In this document: positions 15,001 through 27,000 of the stretch, piece after piece
Position numbering within the stretch: the first letter of the stretch is position 1
How the letters are laid out: each line of letters begins with the position of its first letter
NCBI GenBank assembly: GCA_037379345.1
Contig: CM074521.1
Span: 30,900,704-30,964,703 of the forward strand
Source of the DNA: Perna viridis
Lineage: Eukaryota
Direction of reading: 5' to 3'
Length of the DNA stretch: 64,000 nt
Notes under the pieces: generated by a model
The model's database searches: none
Told to the model about the DNA's origin: nothing
Seen by the model: the letters and a program-made list of their open reading frames with translations, nothing else
Program-made: the position numbers and the translations under genes

Positions 15001-18000
15001 TTGACTTTTTATCAGCAACTCATTGGGTGTTTCTAGGAAAGCAGAGGACGCTTACCCTACCGGTGCACCTGGTCCATGCTCCCAGTTATTAGTGGAGTCC
15101 GAGTTGCGCATTTGCTTTTGTTACTTTGTATGTTTGATTTTAGTTACTTAATGTTCTTTGTTGTGTATGTCTGTTTTCTATGTCTAGTTTTTGTCCCTGG
15201 ATTACATTCTTTTGATTACCGCTATAACCTTGGTTCCCTTGGTAACTCTATTACAGATGAACAGCTGATTTTTCATGTTTTAGTAGTTTTTGAGATCTGT
15301 ATTGTTTTGTGTAAGATTATAATATTTCTTATTTTGATCACATTTTTTTTTCCAATGCAATAATACAGATTATGTTATACCAATGTTTTCACATATATTT
15401 TGATGATGTTGATTTGGTATCAGATTGTGTCAGAAAGTTAATTTTAGTATTATTTATCGTTGGTGCAGCCAGAAATTCAAAAAAAGGGGACTGCTGACTA
15501 GCCTAGGGAGGCTGCTCCAATGATTTCCACAATTTTCCATAATCAACTTTAACTTTTCAAGCATAAGGGTCCCCTTCCCCTTAGATTCACCTTGTCTGTA
15601 GAAAAAGTCTCTAAATAAATCCAAAACAAACAAGGACAGTTCACTTATTTGAAATGTGTCTTATAACAGGGTCTGTCAAGTATCTTTCAACAAGTTTTAC
15701 CAATAACCAAAAAAATATCATGAAACTTTCTGGTTTTGAAGTTGCAAAGTAAACAAAAATTATGCAGGAAATGACAAAAGAGAGAATTGTGTTTGAATCA
15801 TGCATTTCCTGAAGTTTCACAAATACATGTACATGTGTAAGGGAGAGGATATGAATCATACATGTATCGATTGTTTATTGACTTCAGTGATATATGAAGG
15901 ATGTTGACCTCTTCAGCTTGTGAAAATTATAGGAGTGTTAATTCCGATAGAGTTTTATTTATTGGAATAAATTGTGAATTAAATGGTTTGCCATTGATAA
16001 AAATGCACACACAACATGTGTATGACTATTGGATGAAACTGTATATACAATATACATGTATGTCAATAGAATCATGGGCCTTTAGTTGTAGGTTGTAGTA
16101 TGGGATTATTTTCTGTGATCTGGGGATAACATGTATGAAAGTCAATTCTACTTGTATATTTACATGTATGTTTTGAACATCATTGACATCTGAGAAAATG
16201 TCACTTGATGAACATGTACATGTTGAGATTTTGTGTGTTTTTGTTAGACATAAAATGACTGCCATCCTTGACTTTGGACAGAAAGTTTTAAATAAAAAAA
16301 AAACAATGAAAAAGTTTTAAACAACATAATTTGCATGAAGTGATTCATTGGACTTGATGAGATTTACCTGAAAGTTAATTAGATTTCACTAAGCACTGTA
16401 TTAGTCAGCATTGGTGCCGCATGGATCAAGGTAATAACTGGTACCTGGTATCATCCTGTCATTGGTCTACTTACACTGTACCAGTGGTGTAGACTAGTGA
16501 GACTTAGTCAGGAATCGCTCAGATAATTCGAAATCCATTCTACTTATGTTTGATGTTGTTCAAAACTGCTTTTGTATTGACCTTGTACTTCCCGGAGCAA
16601 AGGACTTGTGAAAGCTTTACTGGGAACAAAGTCCATTTCTGTGTACAGATGTCTTTTTCATAACAAAATGCACTAATGTAACTGAAATCCTGTGATTGGC
16701 CGAGACAAGTTAGTGTCTGGGTTTTTTTATATACAAATACATGTATATCATTATAGTGACTATAGGGCATGGCATTTGTTGTTAGAATTGACTTGGCATT
16801 TTATGAACATGCCTCAGTATTGTGATGTATTCCTGTAATATATAAAACTTAAGTTCACTGCAGAAATTTGAATGGTTGAACTTTCAAATTGATGTCTTAG
16901 TACTGGACAACTGTACCCATAAGGAAGTGTTAAAAGGGGAAATAGTTCATGCAAGTACATGTAGTCAGTCAGTACATGTATCTTATAATGATTTGGTGTG
17001 TCTAATCCAGTGACAAGCGGAAATAAATATCATTATGTAACAATGAAACAAATACAAAATTTCAACAATTTAGTTGACAATCTCTGTGACATATAAACAA
17101 AATTGTGCATATAAAACCTGACAGTGCTGGGACTTTAACTGTGTTATTTTGTATGTTAACATTCAGTGTATCAGATTCAGTTTGCTACGGATTTATATGG
17201 ACTTAAATCTTAGCAACAGATTTTAGGACTGACTGTAGGATTGATTTTATGTCTGTGTATCATCATGTTTATAAAAGTCTGTTTGTTCAGTCCAGTGGAC
17301 TTGGATGGTAAGTCACCATAGGTGATACCAAACATTCAGTCATACAGGGCAGGTACTATCATTTAAGGTGGCCGATAAATATCTGCTACTAGGGTAATAC
17401 TGAGAACTCAGTCCTACAGGACAGGTGCTATAATTCAAGAATTCAGATAGCCATTAAGTATCTGCTACTAGGGTAATATCAAGAATACAGTCCTACAGGA
17501 CAGGTTCTATAATTTGAGAATTCAGTTGGCCATGAAGTATCTGCTACAAAGGTAATACCAAGAATTCAGTCATACAGGGCAAGTACTATCATTTAAGGTG
17601 GTCAGTAAATTTCTGCTACAATGGTTATATGAAGATTTCTGTCCTATGTGTCTTATTCTGTCTTTCAAGCATTAAAGTGGTCAGTAGGTATATGCTCCTG
17701 TTAATAATGAATACAAGCATATCCATGACAACCCTGTCATAGTACTGTTGTCACTATGTGAAACCCCACATGTGGACTTGTTAGAAGGCAGGTTAAAATT
17801 ACACCTGTCAGACTATTGCTAATAATTCACTATTGCCTATGGTGGCAATGACAATTTTTGCTAAATTCGCTATCAAAGTTGGAAGGTGAAAATTGAATCA
17901 GGTGAAATACTTTTGAAGGTAAAATACTTATTCATCCTTTGTCTCATTCCTTGAACAGTTTGTCTGCAGCTAAAATTACATTACACAAAAAAAAAAAAAA

Positions 18001-21000
18001 AACATCACCCGGTTTTTTAAGAAAAATGCTAAATTTTGCACACGCAAAACTAACACTAATATGGTATTGGTATTTCATACATTGTTCTCACAGAGTGAAG
18101 AAAGAGATCTGTTAAAATCTGATGTCTAATGGCAGGTTGATATCATTCATATTTGGCCTGTTTTGGGGTAGAAATGTTTGTATGGAAGGTTAAGAAAATT
18201 GACTGGAATGAATGGGAAATTATTAGGGTGTTGTCAATCTATATGTATAATATGTGTAGAGATAAGCATATTCAGTTTTTAAGTGTTTCCTAGTATTATC
18301 TATTGTTATTATCAAACTGAAAATTGCCATATTAGTTAAATGAAGTTTATATTTTAGATGGTAGTTCAGCTGAAGATAACATTTCCAGCCCCGACTCACC
18401 ACCACAGCAACAATGGAGGGCCCATTCTCCACCGGAGACAACCAGCATTTCATCATACTCCTCATCAGGTCAGTATTCATTGATGATTTAGAAGATTTTT
18501 TTAAGTACTAAACCAAAAGCTTTATATACATTACTAGGTGGTTCCAATAAACATTGGACAAATGAATACTCACTTATTTTTATCTGGATATAATAGACTT
18601 AAAAAGGACACTGTGCTTGTAAGCAGAAAGATGTAGACCTCTCTTCAGTATTTTCCTTCATAATAATAAATAAATATATATATTATGTCATCTGGAACTG
18701 TAATTCTACTTGATTTAAATTTTCAATACTATCCATATGTGATTTCAATCTAATTTAAATTAGATATTAATTGCCTCCCCCTTTTTTCTGTCTAATTTTA
18801 ATTAGATTGATGAGATTTAGGGTTATACCTTAAAGTAAACAAATACATGTGTATGTCATTATGACATTGAAAAAATGTATACTATTCAATCATATATTAT
18901 ATTGCCAGTAATATGCTTGTAAATATTTTATAAAATATACTTCCATTTACAGGTATAATGCCTCCACCATCATGTGCTGGTGTCACACTTACTAGTACTC
19001 CGATCAAAGATACACAACCAAAGGTCACACTCAGGAAAAAGTCAGAATGTAAGTCCTAAATTGTCATGCTCTTTCTTTAATTCAGGTATTGTATTATACT
19101 TTTAGGATGGTGATTGTTGGTCAGCTTACAGGTGGGCAGGTAGGTTGGGAAAATATTTTAGTAACATTTTTCTCAGCAACTATAAATCATAGCCACTAGA
19201 TATATGGTACCAGATAGAGTATGGGGTCCTATATAGTGGAATGCTGTTTTATGTCTGCCACACTTCTACTTCCTGTTTACAAACTTTATGGCAACCTGCT
19301 CATTTCTTTTTTTTGACCCATTTTTCATTATTTACGAAGATGAATTATTTTGGTGCACCACCCTTTCTTTATGAATATGCAACCTGCTTCAACCAAAAAT
19401 CTTGTTTATTCTTTCTGTTGCGTTCTCCTCTTTTTCATACTGCCATTAAAACACAAAAATATTAGACATACCTCTGTAATTTGTTGTATTTTGCAAATGT
19501 AAATAACTAATTATAAGTAACATTTAGGATGCAAAGGGGACACAACAAATTATGTAAAGAGGAATCAATTGTTTAGATTCTATTAAAGAGCAGAGCATTA
19601 GATCATTTTGTGTGATTTTCCCAAAACATGAACTTGATGATATTCAGTTTGATACAACATACGCTGCCTGCAATTTGTGTATAATTCTGAACCATTTGAT
19701 AAATGTCTTATGTTAAACTTATCTGATACAAATTTTTTAATGAAAATGAGAAACACAAATTAAAAGTATAAATTTTGTATCTTTTGTTCTTTCTAAATGG
19801 TTACAGAAATAGCCTTATTATATTTGGATTTTTTAAACATTAAGTAAATTCAACAGCTAGCATAAAGAGACGACTTACATTTCATCTTGTCATTTTTTTA
19901 GCATCACCAGATGATGAGGCTATTAAACTCCAAAGAAGAACTTCATACCTCATGGCTACTGCTAAAGACAGGGACACTAACAAACTGTCATTGGACAAAT
20001 CCTTATCACACAGTCACTCAGACACTGATGTTCAGTAAGTTTCAGTTCTTAGTAAAACAATTATTACCGCAAAAAATCAGACCCAAAAACTTTACATCAG
20101 TTGAAGTGTCTAGGGCACATTGCCACTCAGAATCTAATATTCCATAAGTTTTACTTATCACTTTAATCAACCTAGAACAATCATGTTCTGGTTTATAGTA
20201 TATCTCCTGAACAAATAATTAAATATATCCTGACACCTTAAAATTCCAGAAACCAGTAGAGTCTTATACATCAGGGTCCAGAGCCCAGTTGATCAAAACT
20301 TTATCCTTTGGGAAAATAGGATAACTTGTATAGATTCACTAGACTTATCCTGTGAATAACTTGTATAGATTGTACTAGACTTATCCTGTGGAAAATATGT
20401 ATAGAGTGCACTAGACTTATCCAGTATATAACGTATATAGAGCGCACTAGATTTATCCAGTGGATAATTTGTATAGATTGCACTAGATCTACCTAGTTGA
20501 TAAATCATTTGATCTGGACCCTGTACACTGATGTACAAGACTCTTCTGGTTTCTTGTTCTTAGGATTTGTACATTGGATAAGTATAGTACAACCAGGTTA
20601 TCTAGTAGATAAAGTTTTCAACAACCGCGCTCTGTCATAGAATGGATACTAATGTATTATCAGTCTGTGCATTCTTACAACCTGTATTAACCTGAACATT
20701 TATGTGCATTTAATCAAGGTCAATAGTAACTACAAACTGGTTCAACAATTCAATACATGAGAAATTAATAATACACAGAATAACAAAAACCACAAGACAA
20801 GATAAATATGACAACAAAAGTAAACATGTCAGATACAGGATACAGATGTTAGTTTTACAACACACTCGTAACCACAATGACCTGAAATCAACACTTTACA
20901 TAAAGAAAGAAAGAAAGGTACAAATGATACAACAAAAAAACATCAAATACACTTAAAACTAAAATAACCACAGTCACCTAAACAATACAATGGTAAAAGG

Positions 21001-24000
21001 TTTGAGCCAAATGTGAAATACAATTAGTTGAAAATGTTTGATCCTGACTGGAAGTTCTCTATAGATCAAGATCTCAAGGCATTTATTGCCATCAGGAAGC
21101 ATTTAGTCAGGATAGCTAGGGTTTTTTTTTACATAGATTAAGTAGATGTTTGGTTAACACAGGTTCAACAGTATACTAATTGATGTAAAGGAAGAATGGG
21201 ATTGATCTGTTTATACAAGGGTTGGTCTGAATAGCCAGGAAAGGTTTGGGTGTAACAGGGCAAAGCAAGGTCTAATATTGGCCAGTTGGAAACGAAACTG
21301 TTTGGTGTCATTTACATAGTTTTTTTATGTATCTAATTTGTTTCTCTTGCAGAATGATTACACCTAAAAAGCAGCCTAGCATGACTAAACTTAAAGCATT
21401 TTTTGGAGAAAGGGTAAGTTTTTAGCCAATTTTTTTTTTAATTACTGTAAACATATTAATTTTCGTTGTACTCATTGTTATTTTTTTTTGCAGTGGATAA
21501 ATAAGCGCAAAAAAATTGCACTTGTGCAATAGATTTCTGAAACTATGAAATGTTTATCAGTTTTCGAAACTGGTTAAATAGATACCGATGAATATGCTTA
21601 ATTGACAGAATTTATGAAAATTAACAACTGCCAATATTAATATGGTTACAGTACTTGTCTTTTGATAGTGTTTCTAATATGAGATTAATGCATAAAACTG
21701 TCAAATAAGAAAACTAAGTATCCTTTCTCAAATGTTTTTGTTATGATCTTAAAGTCCCAGATAAAGTTGAAAAATGCAAATTGGCTAGATGTTTAGTTGC
21801 TCACCGAGTCTATTTTTTCTTGTAGAACTTGTTCTAAATGTTCCGTTATTTTTTCAGACACCTAGAATACTTGAAGCCACTGAGAAAAGACAAGATCCAG
21901 CCAGTCCTATACAAGAGATCACAAAAATGGGATATCTACAATGTAAAACTGACATAGCTGATGGAAAGGTAGGCTTAGTATAAAGTAGAGTAATAGATGG
22001 GGGTCTTTGAGAAGTCAGTGATAGGTTAAGGGGGAGAAAGTACCTGTTCCTCAGGATATCACAAATGATGGATAATAAAATGAAAAATTTGTAGAGCAAA
22101 AGGATTGGTTTAACAATATGTTTAGCATTGAATTGTATTGTTTAAGTTCGAAGACAATTTTTTTAAACTTAGAAGTGTTTATTGATATTTGAATTGGGAA
22201 AACTCCATGTTTGAATAGTTTAAGGCTCATTTTATATGGGAACATTAATTTGAATTAAACATCTAATTTTGATTTTCTAAACTACATGTATATAACACAG
22301 TGTTTATCATTTTAAAAAAAACCTGGTCTCATTCTGTTTGTAGAGAAGCAGTGATAGATCTTGGAGACCAGTGTGGGTGGAGCTTAGAGGACATGCCCTA
22401 TTCCTTAACAAAGAGAAAAAAGAAGGGGTAAATAAGATTTAATTTGTAAATTAGTTGTGATATTGATTTTGTTCCATGCGGTGTTGCAAAATAAAATCCA
22501 TCTATTGATGTGCATGGGTATTTTATGTACGTACATAATCTTTCATTAATTTTTGATAAGATGCCTGACATCACCAAAATGTCATCCATATTACTTATGA
22601 GGTATTTAAAGTACATACTTTTTTTTTCGAAACTAGTACTTTTTTACTTTTTAAAGAGGATTAAATAAAGATAGTTCTAATATTTACCTTAGAACATAAA
22701 TATTTTGTCTCAAAATCACCATATCTCAGGGATGTGTCCAATATTTACTTTACAATGTGCAGGTTCTGTCTCCTTAGTGTTAGGTCTGTCTCAGGAATGT
22801 GTCCAATATTTACCTTACAATGTGCAGGTTCTGTTCCCCCAGTATTAGGCCTATGTCAGGAATGTCAACATCACTATTTAGTCATCCTTATAATATTTTT
22901 CTACATGTAACATCTGTTGTACACAGTGTATTGATGCATTCTTCATCAGTTGACTTCACTTTCTATTACAGTCACATCCATTTTCCTTCGATGAACAGCC
23001 CATATCAGTTAAGTCATCATTAGTAGATATAGCATATGATTATACCAAAAAGAGAAATGTATTCCGTCTGAAAACCTACAATGGGTCTGAGTACCTGTTC
23101 CAGGCTGATGATCATGAGACTATGCTGTCCTGGATTGAAGCCATACAGAAAAATAACAATCCTGATTCTGATGTAAGTCAAGTATTTTGATTGATATTTG
23201 ATAAGATTTCATAAAAGTTTTAAAACATTGTTTTTCTTCTTGTTTTTTGCTTTTTTTTCAATTTAGTTTTTAACAACAAGGGGGAATAACCCTGTCTTAA
23301 ACACTGTGCAAAAATGCCATTTCATTTCTGCCCTTGAAAAAAGTACAAAATTTGACAAATTGATCAATGATACAGGTAATTAATTGAAAATGTTTTTATT
23401 TTCAACAGAAACAAACTTTTAACAAAATTATTAGTCTCTATGTTATTTCAGGATAACGGTCTGGCTAGTGCCAACTTGATTGTGAGGAAATCTAATGAGA
23501 TGACAACATATGCCTCATCCATGTCGGTCAAAAGTTCACCTCAGGTGCCCCATAAACCAAAGAGTCGACTTTCTACCAAATCTATCATCAAAATTCCTCA
23601 TTCTCCAAGCATGAAAAGAAAGGAGAAAAAATCATCAGGTAGGAATGAAAAGTAATTAGCTGTCAAGTAAGAATGAAAAGTAGTTAGCTGTGATCTTGAA
23701 ATAAGATCATTATAGGAAATAACCATTTAATGCTTAGAGAAGGCTGGTAATTTATTTATGGTCAGAATATTCATTTTAAACTTTTTACGTGCAGAATTCT
23801 CTGCTAAGGTCAGTCAATTATGGAATATTTCTATTTAATTAGTATTAAAACCATGAAGGCCAGAATATTTATTTTTCTTTATCAGTCACTGCTTGGCTTT
23901 AATATACTTCCTTAAACAAAAACTGTCATCAGAATTGAATGATGGACAACTCTCAGGATAATGAAATATAACAGATTAACTGTGTACAAAATTAACCATA

Positions 24001-27000
24001 CCTACAATCAAAACTGACTTCAATTAGATGGTAATAAATTGTTAATGAAGAAAATTTTTCAATGTTATGGTAATACACACATTTTCATCAAATATAGTAA
24101 TGGAGATGTTCTCTCCTATTAAAAGTTGTATTGTATATAAGAACTTCTGAATATTTTTGATACATTTTTTACAGTAAATACAATGTTTATTTTTAAATTT
24201 CAGATGATAGTTCTAAACAGAAGACTTTAAAGGAAAGAATAAAGAGTTTTCGCAAGGCATCTAATGCATCAGGTTTGGAGGGTAATGAAGAAGGAACAGG
24301 AATGTTTGGAGTCCCCATCAAGTGCTGTATTCCATCACCTAATAATGATGTAAGATCTGATGGATATTCTCAATAACCATTAAAGTGCTGCAAGCTTTTC
24401 TTTGTCCATATTGTTTCCCTAGGGATGATAAACCTGATGAAAAGATGGCATTGCTAGCCTCTGAGAAAAAAAAAACTAAACCAATATAAATTGAATTTTA
24501 GGATGTTCAGACACAATGTTCTTCCACTTTAAAATGAAATTCTATTTTCAATCCTAAATTTTACTGCTACTTCTTATTTTTATATTGTGTATTTACTTCC
24601 AATTTTCAGATTTGTTATTGATAGCTAAACAATTTTCTTTATGTTGTCCTCTCATATCTTACACAGTTTCTATATTTATAGGTGTTTTTCACAAGTGTTT
24701 AATATAAATCTTTAGACAATTACTGGTGGTTAAGACTGATTGTATTTTTTATTTTCAGTTCGTTCCTATGATAGTAGATCTGTGTACTAAAATCGTAGAA
24801 GCTAGAGGTTTGGAGGTAACAGGTGTTTACAGGGTACCAGGTAATACAGCTGCTGTGAATCTGATGACAGAGGAACTCAACAAGGTAGAGTTATCTTTCT
24901 TTGGTTCGTATAAGCTGCAGTGAGCATTTATTCTGTGACAGTATAGTTTAAGTACCAAGTTATTACTTACTGTTTAAAGCTATGAATTTCATTCATTTAC
25001 ATAGAAAATAAAATTTACATGACCATTTGGTTAAAATGACTAGAATATCTGTAATTTATCTTCTTTTGTTTATTTCAGGGTATAGACAATATGAATGTAG
25101 ACCATGAGAAATGGTGTGATGTTAATGTTATCAGCAGTTTGTTAAAGGCTTTCTTCAGAAAACTCCCAGAATCTCTTGTCACATCAGGTTAGTTCTGAGA
25201 CAAATTACTTACAACAAGAAAAGCTACTTTTATAAGACTGTCATTTAATTAGATCCATGAAAGACCTGAAATTTTCTGATAAAACAAATCCAAAGGTCTC
25301 AAGTTTTTGAAGATATGTTAACTTGAAAAGCAATGGACTTAACTAAGCTTTGATTTGGTATAAGTATTATTTTCCTGTGTGTCTGTGTCATAATGCGTTC
25401 ACTTACTATTTCAAAATATTCTGACAACTTTTTAAGAGAAGCTGTACAACATTCACTATGTTCACTCAGTAGTCTTCAGTCATTTATTACATATATAAAG
25501 CAGTTGTAGTGATCTCTATAAAAATTTTGTAATAATTTTTTACATTTATTTGAGTATTTTTTTAATTCATCAGAACTATACCAGGAGTTCATCAATGCCA
25601 ACCGAATTGAGGACCCTGAGAGGAGAATGTTAAAGATCAAACGCTTGTTACATGAGCTTCCTGAACATCATTTTGAAACCTTTAAACACCTGGCCGAACA
25701 TTTGAATAAAGTTGCTGCTTATGGCCATATTAACAAGGTAAGACCTGAAACAGATTAACATAAGATCGGTTTATGACGTAACCTTTTACATTTTGCGGAT
25801 GCCAAATTTCGCAAGTTGCTCTATGATAAGGGTATTAAATTTTCACAGTTTTAATTTTCATGTCTCCAGCATATTTAATGAAATGGAAATTATATGCTAA
25901 AAATCTTTTATTTAGCAAGCTTTTATTTTTGTGATTCCCATAATCTCAGTAGTGTAGTGAAAATGTAAACTTCATGAAGATATCCCTTCATACCGTATGA
26001 GGTTCTCAGAAATGTTTCATTTGATGATTTGTGGTTTTTGTTGCTGATTGCTGAAATCATATTTTTGTAAGTGGAATGCTGCAAAATTTGCAAACAATTC
26101 CCTCATAAGAAACACTATTGAATTATTGCTATGTTATAAAGCATAGAAAATAGCTATTACAAAAATGTGATGATGGTTGATCATATATGATAATACTTTC
26201 CAAGTACTATTGTTTTTGGGGTACCAATTCTTGTGGGAAGGACAAGCCCCAAAATTTGGTTCCCATTGAAAATGAGATTTCCATTGATTTGGATACTGAA
26301 AACCAAAAAATTCAACACGAATTCAAGAATCCACAAACGTGTGTTTCTTCCCTAATCCATGAAAATTGGTATCCGCAAATTAAAATACTTCCATAGTAGC
26401 ATAAATGTACATGTGTGTGTACATTAGGAATTGATCTTATTTGATTAATACAGATATTGTATGCATTTCTATATTTTGTAACAGATGGATGCCAGGAATT
26501 TGGCCATTGTGTTTGGTCCTACACTTGTAAAGAAGAAAGATGATGATATGGCCTCCATTGTTAAAGATATGTCAGATCAGTGTAGGATTATAGAGAGTAT
26601 TATATTACATGTAAGTACAAAGTGGTGCATATTTACAGCAGCTTGATTGGGGAAAGTAGGTAGAAAAAAAACCCAAACATTTGTGTTCCATATTGTACAC
26701 ATATCTGTAAGGACAAAAAACTATGACTGGTATGACCAATAAAATGAATAATATTGACAGGCCACATATCTGGAGCCTTTTGTATAATATAATTCAAGTT
26801 TAATGCTGGATCCTTGGGCCATTATTCATATGAAAAAAATATGATGGCACAAGTGGGTATTAAGACACCATCAACAGAGACAAGGAAGGGCCTGAAAACT
26901 AAGAAATTATTTTACTTGACCTAATAAATGATAAATATTAACAGTCTTGATGTATTAATCTAGTAATCCTTAGGTCATAATTCGAAACATATCTAAGCAA

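Noticed and set aside
15076-15363. Hydrophobic 95-aa ORF (similar ORF at 34015-34296)
   Set aside because: T-rich 3' non-coding part of the Penelope-like repeat, not a membrane protein gene.
20690-21300. Possible minus-strand LINE 3' relic
   Set aside because: Too degraded to recover a convincing motif by eye.
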